The notes below the pieces were generated by a model, which was given only the letters and a program-made list of their open reading frames with translations, made no database searches and was not told the DNA's origin. The position numbers were made by a program, and so were the translations under genes. From Octopus sinensis (taxonomy: Eukaryota), in the NCBI RefSeq assembly GCF_006345805.1, contig NC_043009.1, positions 11,656,001 through 11,720,000 on the forward strand: DNA of 64,000 nt, written 5' to 3'. Below, in pieces: positions 13,852 to 26,614 of the stretch (the stretch's first letter is position 1; each line of letters starts with the position of its first letter).

Positions 13852-14625
13852 TACAGGCGTGGCTTTGTGGTAAAAGCTTGCTTTCCAACCACATGGGCAC
13901 CTTGGGGGAGTCTCTTCGCTTATAGCCTCGGACCAACCAAAGCCTTGTGAGTAGATTTGGTAGACGGAAACTGGAAGAAAACCACTGTGTGTGTGTGTGT
14001 GTGTTTGTCCTCCTCTGCCGCGAGACAATCGGTGCTTGTGTGTTCACGCCCCTTCATCTCAGTGGTTCGGCAAAAAAGTTCTTTAAAAGACTTTAAAAAA
14101 AATAAGTGCTGGGGTCGATTCATTCTATTAAAAAATTGTCCAAGGCAAGGCTCAAGCGTGACCGCAGTCCAATATCTGAAACGAGTCAAAGATAAAAGAT
14201 GAAAAAAAATAAAAGATAATGGTGCAGGCTTAATTATGTAGTGAAAAGGTTTGCTTTGCAACCGCGTGGTTTTGAGTTCAGTTCCACTGCGCGGCACCTT
14301 GGCCAAGTGCCTTTTACTATTGCGCTGGACAGACCAATGACTTGGGAGTGAACCAGGTAAACGGAAATTATATGGAAACCCAACGTGTGTATGGGTGTGT
14401 GAGCTTCAGTATTTGTATTTGTTTCCTTCCCACAATTTGACGACCAATGTTGGTTTGTTTACGTCCCTGTAACATAGCAGTTCGTGAAAAGGGGCCGATA
14501 GACTAAGAACCAGAGGTTAAAAAGAAAAAAGCCATAAGTACTTGGGCTGAGGTGTTCGACTCAACCCGTCAAGGTGAGATCTCACTCAGCATGGCCGCAG
14601 TCCAGTGAATGAAGTAAATAAAAGA
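13852..14625 (+). mobile_element. Two diverged family-B SINE copies in tandem
   Basis: Heads near 13855 and 14222; tails ending gcatggccgcagtc.a.tga. Confidence 0.8.
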
Positions 14626-14726
14626 TCATTTGCAAAATTCATGTCCTTCAAGAGAAATCATCAGGAAGACATTTACGGCATATCGCTTCTCATTAGAACC
14701 TTCTCATGGTGCATTTTATATATATA

Positions 14727-15281
14727 AAGGGTGGACCAAAATGATCTGACACATTCGGAGGCTTAATAAAAGCATAAAATAAGAAATAATGAAAAGAAAT
14801 ATTTTATTTTCTGAATGTACATATAATTCCATTTTATTTCATTAAGTTTTAAAAATGAAATCAGCTCAATGCTTCCCATCCTTGTCGACACACTGTTGGA
14901 GACGTTCATGAAAGTTATCGATAACTCTATGGATAATTTCTTCTGGAATGGTTGCTATTTCTACACAAATTGCACGTTTTAATTCATCAATAGATCGAGG
15001 GCGATGACTGAATACTTTTGATTTTAAATATCCCCACAAGAAGAAATCACTTTTCACCATTCCAGAAGAAATGATCCAAAGAGTTATCGATAACTTTCAT
15101 GAACGTCTCCAACAGTGTGTCGACAAGGATGGGAAGCATTTAGCTGATTTCATTTTTAAAACTTAATGAAATAAAATGGAATTATATGTACATTCAGAAA
15201 ATAACATTTTTCTTTCCATTATTTCTTATTTTGTGCTTTTATTAAGCCTCCGAATGTGTCAGATGATTTTGGTCCACCCTG
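14727..15281. mobile_element. Tc1/mariner-superfamily foldback element made of two inverted 3' ends
   Basis: Inverted arms 14727-14952 and 15056-15281; terminus (c/a)agggtggaccaaaat; TA flanks; minus-strand ORF DFFLWGYLKSKVF...FHERLQQCVDKDGKH is a transposase C-terminus. Confidence 0.9.
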
Positions 15282-16879
15282 TATATGGTTTATGTACGAA
15301 ATGGCTGAATAGATAAAGCATTAAGCAAGGTCATACATGTAATGTGAGCTCAAGTCGGCTGCAGGTGTTTCGTTATATTCTGAATGGGTTACTAAACCTG
15401 ACGTAATTTAATTCACTATAGTGTCGAGGATAAGAAGCAATTTTTTGAGAGAATTATTGCTATTTCTGCTTACTCGAAGAAGGAAAATATTATGGAAATC
15501 ATTTTAGTATGTCTCAAACCCTAGGGATTAAATGTCCTATATGCAAAATGTTCCGAACAAAGTATATGAGAAATGTGATATCAATGCATTTCTCAAGTAT
15601 ATTAGTGTCTCTTGGGCATTGGTATACCAAAAGTGTAAGCATCTCAAGGGTATTAGAGTATTAAAATGTCTCCAATTCGAGAATGCTTTCAAAGAGATTT
15701 GCCTTCGGTGAAATGCGTTCGACTGCAACTGAAATCGTCTTACAGTCTCCAAAAGCATCACTTTTACTCATTTGTGTTTAGTTATTAAACAACACAATTA
15801 TTTGCAGAGGTAGAATGTAAAATAAGATAAAGAAAATAGATTATAAATTATCAATTAATTATTCATTTATGTTCCAATCACCCGATATTTCAAATGAAAT
15901 GATATAAAATCAAAAACAGATACATAAATGAAACTTATAACAATAAAGAAAAATATCGTAAGATTTGTAATGATTAGAAAAAGACGAAATTCTTGAATAA
16001 ATAATTAAATAGTAAAATTATGTTGCAGACGTCTTTTGCAGCTTATATTTGCATACTCCAAATCCGTTCGATCAATAGTACAGTAAAGATTTTCAAAGCT
16101 TTACAAAGTTTTTCCATTTTGTTCTACTGGACGTATACACATAGCTAATATATGCATTTATTCATACACTCAGATATTATATGCAAGCACATATAACTAA
16201 ATCACCGGCGCTGTCTTCACTCAAACAAGAAATGTGTCGCTTTATTAGTAGCCAACTTTTATTCTGTTAAAAACATTTGTTATTCAAATGTATTACATAG
16301 CATCATGAAACAAAAAGATCAACAGGAAATATAGTTCCACCGAAACCTCATAAATTTAAATCGTCTCTACTTAACCTGTGAACCAATTTCATAATGAGTT
16401 TGCCAGTCAGATTTCAGCAACTGCAAATGTTACGTGACAGAGTTGGAAACAAAGATGTATACAACCAAATGCATTAAATGGTATAATACAGAACACCATG
16501 GGTGCTTTCTTAGTACCCCTTTCATACCCGGTTCCTCTGAGACCATACGGGTGTGCTGTGCAATAGGAAATAATTTATACCTACAAACAAACTATTGCTA
16601 CGTCTATACCAAAGAAACACATTGTTATTTAGCATCTGCTTTTCATTCAAAAGACGTCAATAATTTCTCCTTTTCTAAAAAGGAAGAAGATACAAGATAT
16701 ATTTCTCGGAGACAGGAATTCCCCTGATATTCTCCACTGGCTTCAAACCAAATTCTTTACCATTACAACACATATATTCAATGTTTAAACTCACTAACAC
16801 CACTGAAACCTATAAATAAAATAAATTTAACACAAGCTGTGGTCATATTAATCACAACAAGCATTTACTTTGATATTTT

Positions 16880-17176
16880 GTTCCTTCTCGAGCCATGCCT
16901 GGCTCATAAGGGCCGGTTTCCTGGTTTCCTTGGCGTATAGGTTCTCCACTTGAACAGGACGCCGGTCTGTCGCAGGTGAGCTGCAAGATGCAGGAAGAAA
17001 GAGTGAGAGAAAGTTGTGGCGAAAGAGCCAGCAGAAGTTCGCCATTACCTTCTGCCGGAGCCGCGTGGAGCTTAGGTGTTTCGCTCATAAACACACACAT
17101 CACCCGGTCTGAGATTCGAACCCGCGATCCCTCGACCGCGAGACCGCTACTCTAACCACTAGGCCATGTGCTTCCA
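16880..17176 (-). mobile_element. tRNA-derived SINE family C, tail variant C2
   Basis: TGGCCTAGTGGTTAG A-box and GGTTCGAATCTC B-box on the minus strand; same family as 46115-46385. Confidence 0.88.
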
Positions 17177-17638
17177 CATTCACTTTCATATGTTCAAGGA
17201 CTATCAAGAAGTGCCCAAAACAAAAGCTTCTACTTAAGATTTTTCCCTTGATTAATCCAGTTATTGGTAGAGCCATGAATGAAAACCCCTGGATGGTGAC
17301 ATAGAAGGCTGTAACTTCTACAAATGTTACTGTAAGGTCCATAAATATAATGGCGCAGCTTTGTATTTGCTTCGTGATCTGACGGCAAATCATGATCTTT
17401 TCGTCTTGAAACAGTGTACTTCTCTATCTCACTATATTGTCTAGTGGTAGACATTTTTTCATTTACTCCCCGACACAGATTTCACGCCATAATTCCATTG
17501 GGAATTACTTATGGCTCAAGCAGGAATCAATATCGTGTCGCAATGTCTCCTTGCCAAGAGCTTACTAACACTATAATGAGATCACGCACACACACAGGAG
17601 TGTATATACATTACATTACATGCATGCATATATACATA

Positions 17639-17875
17639 TTTCTTTACTACCCACAAGGGGCTAAACATAGAGGGAACAAACAAGAACAGACAAACGGATC
17701 AAGTCGATTATATTGACCCCAGTGCGTAACTGGTACTCATTTAATCGACCCCGAAAGGATGAAAGGTAAAGTCGAAAGTCGACCTCGGCGGAATTTGAAC
17801 TCAGAACGTAGCGGCAGATGAAATACTGCTAAGCATTTCGCCCGGCGTGCTAACGTTTCTGCCAGCTCACCGCCT
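17639..17875 (-). mobile_element. Full-length family-A SINE
   Basis: Head, body and A1 tail; inserted in (TGCA/TACA)n. Confidence 0.9.
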
Positions 17876-17962
17876 TATGCATGCATGCATACATACATAC
17901 ATACATACATACATACATACATACATACATACATAATACATACATACATAATACATACATAA

Positions 17963-17993
<31 letters not shown>

Positions 17994-18327
17994 TTACATA
18001 CATACAAACATGCATACATACATACATATTTACATACATACATACATACATATTTACATACATAATGGGGGAAACGAAATGTGAAGCTCACGAGATACTT
18101 TATGTATCCCAGCAATTATTTTAACCATCTTGCATCGGATACAGAGTATCCCATCTTGCGGACGAGATACTGTATTGCATCTTCCATTGCAGATTCACCT
18201 CACCTGATGTCACCCTCAGATTTGATATAAATGTCACTGAATCTACCTTAGGAATTCCGCAGTGATTGTTGAGTTTATGAAAAAATAAGGGAAACGAAAA
18301 ATGGAGTTCACGAGAATCTTTATTCAC

Positions 18328-18429
18328 CACAACGATCGTTTCGACCCATCTTGCATCGGTCCGTTGCGAGTGGGATACTGTACAACAGGTTGTGTCGCAT
18401 CCTCTGGTGCGGATACATCTCATCAGGTG
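18328..18429 (-). ncRNA. Type-I hammerhead ribozyme with long stem-II insertion
   Basis: Minus strand: cac-CTGATGA-ga...(about 75 nt)...tc-GAAAC-GATC-GTT-gtg, then AATAAA; palindromic helix III ACGATCGT. Confidence 0.75.
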
Positions 18430-19152
18430 TCTTGTGATAAAGAAGCTGCACCGCTAAATATAATCGGTTACACTTGGCATGTTGTTGTTGCCAGCAGGTT
18501 GTTGGCTATAATAACCAGGGGTGGATGCAATTTTCGGATTAAAACCGGTTAATGGGTTTGGTTATAGTTCATAGCGAATACATGACAGAGTAAAGTAATA
18601 AAGGATAAAAATAGAAAATGATAAAGGATAAGACTTAGAAGATATAATTAAGAAAGATAAGTTTACACGTGTTGACATAAACACATATATAGACGTACAT
18701 ACACACACTCACATACACACATATACCCCTATAGACTCGTGGACATACATGCCTACGCTCACGCCGTTGAGCAGATGTCGCTGAATACAGTCACAAACAA
18801 CTAAGATGGACGTATTAGAGAAAAATAAAAGATGATAGCGTGAGTATGTGTGGCCGCGAGACCACTGGTGTGTTTGTATGAGTAAGTCTATGTATGTGTT
18901 TATGTCAACACGTATATACTTATCTTTCTTTATATTATCTTTGAATTCTTTTCCTTTGTTATTCTTTATTTTTATCTTTTATGATTTGATTTTATGCTGT
19001 GTATTCACTATGAACCATAGCCAGATCCACTAACCGGTTCAAACCCGGATATCATATCCATCCCCTGTCATTATAACCAACAACCTACTGGCAACAACAA
19101 CATGCCAAGTGTAACTGAGCATATATAGCGAAGCAGCTTCTTTAACATAAGA

Positions 19153-19254
19153 CACCTGAAGAAACACATCTACACCGGAGGATGCAACACAACCAGTTGC
19201 ACATTGTCCCACCAGCAATGGACCAATGCAAGATAGGTCGAAACGGTCACTGTG
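19153..19254 (+). ncRNA. Degenerate copy of the same hammerhead (cleavage triplet mutated)
   Basis: cac-CTGAAGA...gtc-GAAAC-GGTC-ACT-gtg; AATAAA at 19258. Confidence 0.55.
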
Positions 19255-19691
19255 GTGAATAAAGATTCTCGTAAACTCCATTTACCGTTGGTTTTCGTCA
19301 CTGCATGTCGAACCTTAAAAAAAAAATAGATTCTAATGTATCATAGAGATGTAATTTTTGACGCTGAATCCGAATTTCTTATTCATTTATTCCAGAAAAA
19401 TTTTGCGAAAATGTTACAGGTGTTCAGAGTTTGATAATTTTCAGAATTTTCAGCCAATTAGAAAACAGTGCGTTCGTTGCATCTTCCATCATCTGTCACA
19501 GTAGTGAGAAATCGGGGACGCGGGGAGGCACCGGCATGTCAAAATATTAAACTACTTACAGCAAACAGTGAAAATCATTAAAAGATTCGCGAGCAAATTA
19601 AATATTTAAAAGGTACGAGCAAACCAACAGGAGTTGCTAGAAATAACAGTCAAAATATTGCTTAAAACAGACATTTATTAGTTTAAAAAAC

Positions 19692-19945
19692 TCAAGAACG
19701 GAAGTTTGCAATGCACTCTGGGATTTTATGAAATAAATTATCTTTCTCATATCTCCCCCTCATAAATCCACAGACAAGAGTCAAGAATGGAACGGTGTGT
19801 CCCATACGGCGTTTGCTTCTATGCTTTAAAGATTCCCACGTACTCTTAATTTGTTGAGTGTGAGTCCCATCTTTTGAGTTTATAAATTTAATGTTATGGT
19901 TTACAGTTTTAATGTTTGAAATCAAAGCCCACGATTTCTGGAACA
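19692..19945 (-). pseudogene. Merlin/IS1016-like (ISXO2-type DDE) transposase C-terminal remnant
   Basis: KTVNHNIKFINSKDGTHTQQIKSTWESLK resembles the Merlin motif TVNHS..FV.P.TG.HTQ.IES.W..K. Confidence 0.75.
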
Positions 19946-20850
19946 AGCTTGCCACGGGTCACTGAAGATAGTGGTTCCTGGAAGAACCGAGTGTCGTATG
20001 CAGGCCTTGTTTACTCCTTGTGCGCATGCGCAGCATCTTCGATTACTATGGAAACAGAGTTCTTCGCAATTAGCTATGGATCACCTCGTGCTTCTTTGCT
20101 TACTATGCTAACAGAACTTCACAGTGATGTGTAAAATACTCGCTTTTGATTGGATAAAATACCAAATTTTTGCAAATTTTAAAGGCTAATAACCTTTTAA
20201 TTATGAACTCATTGGGAAAATGACTTTCATTTTCATAATTAGCATACAAAGTTTAATCCATATACCAAATTTGAAAACAATTTGGGCAAAATTGTAGGCA
20301 GTGATGATAACACAAAGTGTTCGGCAAAAGAGACCGATAGAATAAGTACTGGCCGCAGTCAACTGACTGAAACAAGTAAAAGAGTAAAAGAGTATATGTA
20401 TCCACGCACACATACGCATGCGCGTAATACATGTTGGTGTATGCTTATACAACTTAATTGTCACAGATGAGAGAAAGAAAACGAAAAAATAGTTTATTGT
20501 AGGCAGTGATGATAACCCGTTTCCCATATTCATTATAAACTCAACGATCACTGCGGAATTCCTGAGGTAGATCCAGTGACACATATATCGAAACTGTAGA
20601 TGACTTCAGGTAGCCTGAACAGTGGAAGTGCTTTTATTGGCCTTCTACTAACCGTAAACTTCTACTAACCCAAACTCTAATTATATATATATAAGTTCAA
20701 ATAAAGGTTACAAACTTTACAATTAATATTCACCTGTAAGGTATAACTATATATGCCGTGGTTTATATATATTTATTTACTACAATAACATAAGAAAATA
20801 GAGAGATAATTAATGAATTATCATTTATTAATTAAAGAATTGACAAACAT

Positions 20851-20934
20851 CTCTTACACCTGTTTCAATTCAAGACCTTCAGAAAGTTAATTAATGAAAT
20901 AAAAATTATTTGAAAGTCGAATCTCGTCAGAGGT
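20851..20934 (-). ncRNA. Type-I hammerhead ribozyme with extended stem II
   Basis: Minus strand: ct-CTGACGA-gattc gactttca...tgaaggtc tt gaatt-GAAAC-AGGT-GTA-ag; AATAAA downstream (20824-20829). Confidence 0.7.
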
Positions 20935-21099
20935 AGTTTGATAATAAAGTACTGGTGATCCTAAAAGGAAGGTGCGCATGTGTGTGTGTGTGAAAGTGTG
21001 TAAGTGTGTACGTGTAATAGGGGCTTGTGACTTTAACGTGTGGATATGTGCTTGTGTGCAAACCGCAAATCTCGAGTTGACATCTGCTCTTCTCTCCAT

Positions 21100-21778
21100 T
21101 CTCGCGAACTCATTTCAACCTTTTTGGATAGACTAGTGACTGGTGACGATAAATAGATCTTCTATTGAAATGTAAACGTCGTAAACAGTAGCTTGGTAAA
21201 AGGGGAAAAGCTCAACCACAACCGAGAAGCCAACTTCACGGAAAAAGGTTCTCTCTATCTGGTGGGATTGCAAAGGAGTAATTCACTTTGAATTGTTACC
21301 ACTTAATGCAACAATCAATGCTCAAGTCTACTGTCAGCAATTAGATGGTTTGAACCAAGCTTTGAAGAAAAAATACCCGCTTTAGTGAATCGAAAAGGAG
21401 TTATGTTTCATTAGGGCAATGCGCGACCCCACACTGCAAAGATCACAGAAGACCGAAGAGCTTGATTGGGAAAAATTCCCCATCCACCTTATTATCCCGA
21501 CCTTGCTCCTTCAGACTACCATTTGTTTTGGAGTATACAGAATCATTTGGGGAACATAACTTTCGCAAACCAGGAGGTCGAAACTGACATTTCAGAGTTC
21601 TTCGTTTTGAAACCAAAAGAGTTTTACATTTATGGGATTAAAAAGCTTGTAAATAGATGGAAGGAAGTCATAGATAATCAGGGAAAGTACATTGATGATT
21701 AAATTCCAATTAAATATAACATTTGATCACTTGTTTTCTTTATTCAAAAGTCGGACAGAACTTATGGGATAACCTGAG

Positions 21779-21779
<1 letters not shown>
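21100..21779 (+). mobile_element. Mariner (DD34D) transposon 3' remnant with right TIR
   Basis: Frameshifted LVTGDDK, IWWDCKGVIHFELL, NARPHTAK and HPPYYPDLAPSDYHLF motifs; TIR-like cggacagaacttatgggataacctg followed by (TA)n. Confidence 0.92.
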
Positions 21780-21831
<52 letters not shown>

Positions 21832-21930
21832 CAGAGTAAGCACATAAATGCAAAACAAGGTGGAAAAAACAGTACTCGAATACCGGAGGTAGAGTAATGT
21901 GCTTTATTAAAAAGCAGCAAAGATATCAAA

Positions 21931-21977
21931 AAAACTGTTACTCAGAGTTTCACGTTCCCGTTCGTCGGACTGTTTTG
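21931..21977 (-). ncRNA. Type-I hammerhead ribozyme, U4C core variant
   Basis: Minus strand: aaaacagt-CCGACGA-acg ggaa cgt-GAAACTCtGAGTA-acagtttt; stem I 7/8 bp; AATAAA at 21903-21908; element runs to (TA)n near 21830. Confidence 0.7.
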
Positions 21978-22763
21978 TTTAGAATGGAACAAAATATGGT
22001 TATACGCATAAATATACAATTGCTTTGATAGATACTCTTTGGAAAATGGTTTTGTTTCATTGGTCCTTTCAACTAATGGTCTTTTCAATTACCAGTTGTA
22101 TGAAATTACAATTAAGGTTTAAAATCATATTATTATAAAAATCGAAGGAAACCTGAAATCAAAAATAGTTTATGTAGACGGAAAAAGACCTGAATGCCCA
22201 GGGTAAAGAATTAGTGGTAAAAAATAATAATAATTTTAAATAAATTAAAGGTTATACCCATTTAAAAAAAACTTTCACAAAGAACATTCTAAAGTACATA
22301 TACATTTTGCAATATATAAACATACCAAACAACCTATAGATACGTATATACGCTAAACATACAGGCGTTGGTACAGGGCTACGTACATATACAGAGAGAT
22401 GTAGGCAAAACATAAATATATACAAATGCATATATATGTATCCACGCACACATACGCATGCGCATAATACATCTTAGTGTATGCTTATACAACTTAGTTG
22501 TCACAGATGAGAGAAAGAAAACGAAAAATATAGAGAATAAGAAGTGGTGGGAGAAAGAAAAAAGAAAAAGAAGAAAAAAGAAATAAAAGAAGAAGAAACA
22601 GAAAATTAGAAAGTGAAAGAGAAAAATAGAGGTTCCTAAAAAGTATCTAACGAATATTAGAAACTTCGTTCAGCTTGCACAAACACACATATAAAAACGC
22701 ACACATACAAAGCGACATGCATAAATACCAGCATACTAGAAATACACACACTCACATGCACAA

Positions 22764-22794
<31 letters not shown>

Positions 22795-22866
22795 GATATA
22801 CATATATGTATGCATGTATATACAACGCAAAATTTCGTTGCGTGAGCGCAACTTTCTCATTGATTT

Positions 22867-23082
22867 AGGAGTGGCTGTGTGGTAAGTAGCTTGCTTACCA
22901 ACCACATGGTTCCGGGTTCAGTCCCACTGCGTGGCATCTTGAGCAAGTGTCTTCTACTAAAGCCTAGGGCCGGCCAAAGCCTTGTGAGTGGATTTGGTAG
23001 ATGGAAACTGAAAGAAGCCCGTCGTATATATGTATGTGTGTGTTTGTGTGTCTGTATTTGTCCCCCCAACATCGCTTGCAAT
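22867..23082 (+). mobile_element. Family-B SINE (3' truncated)
   Basis: aggagtggctgtgtggtaag...ggttcagtccc...gaagcccgtcg followed by (TA)(TG)n. Confidence 0.9.
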
Positions 23083-23734
23083 CTTGTATGCTCTGGTCTA
23101 TACTGGTAGGTAGCGTCTCGATTGTGTGAGCAATGCACAAGTAAAGGGGGACGAGTGGTGGGTTTGTACTATATGTTTATCATCAGAAGAGGACTGAAGT
23201 ATTTTGTATTTATAAAGAAATTTGACCCTATGATGTCAAGACTTAATCTCATGTGTGTATGTGTGTGTGTATGTGTGTGTGTATGTGTGTGTGTATGTGT
23301 GTGTAATCTATTGTCAAAACAATTTTTCTTTTTTTCTTTTTCTATTTAGAGAAAATAGTTTAATGTTTCTAAGGATGGTTATTTGGAGAATTAATGTGGA
23401 ATTATTTGCCATTTGTTTTGCAGTGGGTGTGTGTGTGTGGATATATTGTCAAAGTATTTTTCTTTTTATATTTTTTCTATTAAGGGGATGTGGTCAGGAG
23501 TTCTAACCAGCTGTGTGTATGTGTGTGTGTGCGTATGCGTTTATTATTATATGTGTGTGTTGGGGGGGGGGGGAGGTCCTTATTTGTTGATTGATAGTGG
23601 GTCTTGAAATATTTAGTAGTGGTTTTAAATTTGGAAAAGGGTTTGGTGTGTGTGTGCGTTTGAGCTTTTTTGTTTTATTGCAGTGTGTGTGTTGTTTTGT
23701 ATAAATATACATACATACACACACACACCAAACC

Positions 23735-23836
23735 ATATATATAATATATATTATATATATATAATAATATAGATATATAATATATATATATATAATATAT
23801 ATATATAATATATATAATATATATATATATATATAT

Positions 23837-23892
<56 letters not shown>

Positions 23893-23952
23893 TATATATA
23901 TATAATAATATATATATATAATAATATATATATATATATATATTAATATATA

Positions 23953-23983
<31 letters not shown>

Positions 23984-24001
23984 CTATATATATATATATA
24001 T
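23735..24001. repeat. Long imperfect (TA)n
   Basis: Direct reading. Confidence 0.95.
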
Positions 24002-25462
24002 TTAACTTAGATAACGTAGATAGGTTTCGGCCATTATCGGCCCACGCCATGACTAACTCAATAGCACCACCTGGAAAAGTCTTTTAGTTAATTATTTCGG
24101 GACACCATGGACCACTCGAACAGAGAGTTGTTGTTGGTTGAGACGTATCCAGGTGTAGGTGGTTTATCCGGTATTTCTTGGAGGAATTTGTCCAGGTACC
24201 GTTTGAAAGTTGTGGGGTCTTTTTGTACTTTAATTTTTTGGGGGGACATTGAAAAGTGCAGGACGATTTGTAGTAAAGAAATGGTGTCGCAATGTTCTTA
24301 TGTGATGTGATCTCGACCTTTGTAGGGGACGCATTGCACGGGGGACTAGTCTTGGGCGAATTGTAAACATAATGCCAATATCATTTGGATAATATAGGTG
24401 AAATATTTTCCACATGGTGAAAATAATATATCGCTCACGGCGGCATTGCAGAGAATAGAGCTTCAGTTGTTTAAGTCGAGCCCAGTAATCAAGTTCCATC
24501 ATGCTATTTATTTATTTATTGTGATTGATCTTTGTGGTGCTTCGATCTTTTTTATATTTTGTTTTGTTTTTTTTGTTCTTTGTTCTTGTAGGGGGACCAC
24601 AATGGGCAGCAGTATTCGAGGTGAGGCCTAGTGAATGTGGAGAAGAAAAGTATGATGGTTTCAAGTTATGAGGATCCATGAGCACATTCTGCGGGCAACA
24701 TCAACTTTTTTGTTGATGTGCACACTCCAACTAAGATTGATGTCGACAGTTACACCTAAGTCTCTGATATTATCCGACGGTTCAAGTTGGTCTCCCCACG
24801 GTAGTGTATATGGTTGTTTGAATGTGCCATTTCTTCCAATGTGGATGAGCAAAAATTTTTCTTCGTTCAAATGCATATTGTTTTATTGTGACCACTGAGT
24901 TACTGCTCATAGGTCCGATTGAAGCATTGTTCGATCGTATGCTCCCTTAACGACTTCCTGGAGCTTAGAGTCATCTGCAAATATTTTTATGGCGCTAAGT
25001 TCAATGGAACCTGCAATGTCATTGATATAGACAATAAAAAGAAGTGGGCCCAGCACAGTACCTTGCGGGACTCCGCTGATGACTTTTGCTGGTCTTGAGT
25101 GGATGCCATCAATCACAACTCGCTGGGTCCTGTTTGTTAGGAAATACCTAATCCTTTGAAGTAGCTTTGCACCGACTCCAGCGTCGGATAATTTCTTTAA
25201 CAGTATATTGTGGTCGACTCTACCAAAGGCCTTACAGAAATCAAGGTATATAACACCCGCGCTGGAGCCCTCACTTAGTGCATTTAAGATGTCATCAAAG
25301 TGGTGGAGGTGCTGTGTTAGACAGCCCCTTCCACTACGAAAACCATGCTGGTTGCAATTTAGGAGATGATTTTGTTCTAAGAAGGCTGTTATTCTTGATC
25401 TCAACACTCTCTCAAATTCTTTGATGATATGTGCGGTGAGTGAGATTGGACGGTAGTTTCCA
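24002..25462 (-). mobile_element. CR1/L2-group LINE, 5'-truncated, degenerate RT plus 3' UTR
   Basis: QHGFRSGRGCLT, IYLDFCKAF, SGVPQGTVLGPLLF.VYIND, IFADDSKL, IRDLGVTVD.NLSW..HI; tail ggccgaaacctatcta.gttatctaag; (TA)n on both sides. Confidence 0.92.
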
Positions 25463-25468
25463 GGTATT

Positions 25469-25502
<34 letters not shown>

Positions 25503-25776
25503 ATCACAACACACACACCAGCACTGACCACTTCCCAGACCCACATTTTCACACCTACACATACACACACTCACACGTCAAGATCACCAACCCTCTCCCA
25601 CACGCACATACAATCTATCTTATACACACGCGCACCTTAGTTTTGGGATCACCACTACTTTATTATCAGCCCTTCTCTCTAGCTCTCCTGTGTGACCCAT
25701 CTGCCCGACATTCGCCATGATAGATCACTAGCCACTACACATTCTTTATTTTCTCTCCTTGTTTCTTTCTGTGTCC

Positions 25777-25812
25777 CTTTCTGTGGAAGAGCGTAGGCTC
25801 GAAACGTTAAAG
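25777..25812 (+). ncRNA. Minimal hammerhead motif with A6U core variant
   Basis: cttt-CTGTGGA-a gagc gtag gctc-GAAAC-GTT-aaag; related to 45755-45789. Confidence 0.6.
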
Positions 25813-25908
25813 ATTTTTTCACTTCCCGAGCATTATACTAATACATCTGTTTGTTGTCTACGCCACCTGTCTTCGTCTTTTGTTTTTTTATGAATTCTCC
25901 TTATATAC

Positions 25909-26052
<144 letters not shown>

Positions 26053-26614
26053 CAGTGGCGACTCCGACACTCGGGTTGTTTGGGCTTAGCCCCAGTATAA
26101 ATTCAATAAAGTGAACGCGTATTTTCAAGCTGATTTAATTTCTGTCAACACTGACTTCTAGCATGTAATTACAACCAATAACTCGAGTTCCTTTTATATT
26201 GAGCCTGGTTGCAGTTCATTTATTTTCGTTCAGCGTTTGGTGGTCGTCTTAGAGATGTCCTTGTGTCAAAAATATCATTTGTGGTGGACGTTCTTTCGAC
26301 ATCGTTCACACTCACCTGGCTCGTACTCAGAAGTTACAGCCCGAGTTATCTATAATCGTTAAAAAGTAATTCAAATTTAATGTTTTTCTTGAAACAATAA
26401 ATTTCTATAGAGATTAGGATTTAAATTCCAATCTATGAAAAGTCTCAGTTCTACAATATTCTTAAAGAAAGGAAAAATTACCCAGCAACTCGGGCTAATA
26501 CGAACGAGCCTGGTAGGTGTAAAGGACTAACTGGCATCTCTTGTCAAGAGTATAGGTGACAGTCAGATCACTGATGTGTGTTGTGCACTCCACTGTCATT
26601 ATTTGATTGCTGTT

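Larger units (their letters stand above)
18065..19290. mobile_element. PLE pseudo-LTR-like cluster: degenerate tandem copy (18065-18215) plus inverted pair (about 18296-18760 minus, 18850-19285 plus)
   Basis: Reverse-complement homology of the arms (both translate as MEFTRIFIHH.DRFD..CIGPL); each arm has a hammerhead-like core followed by AATAAA. Confidence 0.75.

Noticed and set aside
19315-19500. DNA-transposon-like internal sequence similar to 36430-36560
   Set aside because: Similarity is real but weak; termini and TSD could not be defined, so no family call
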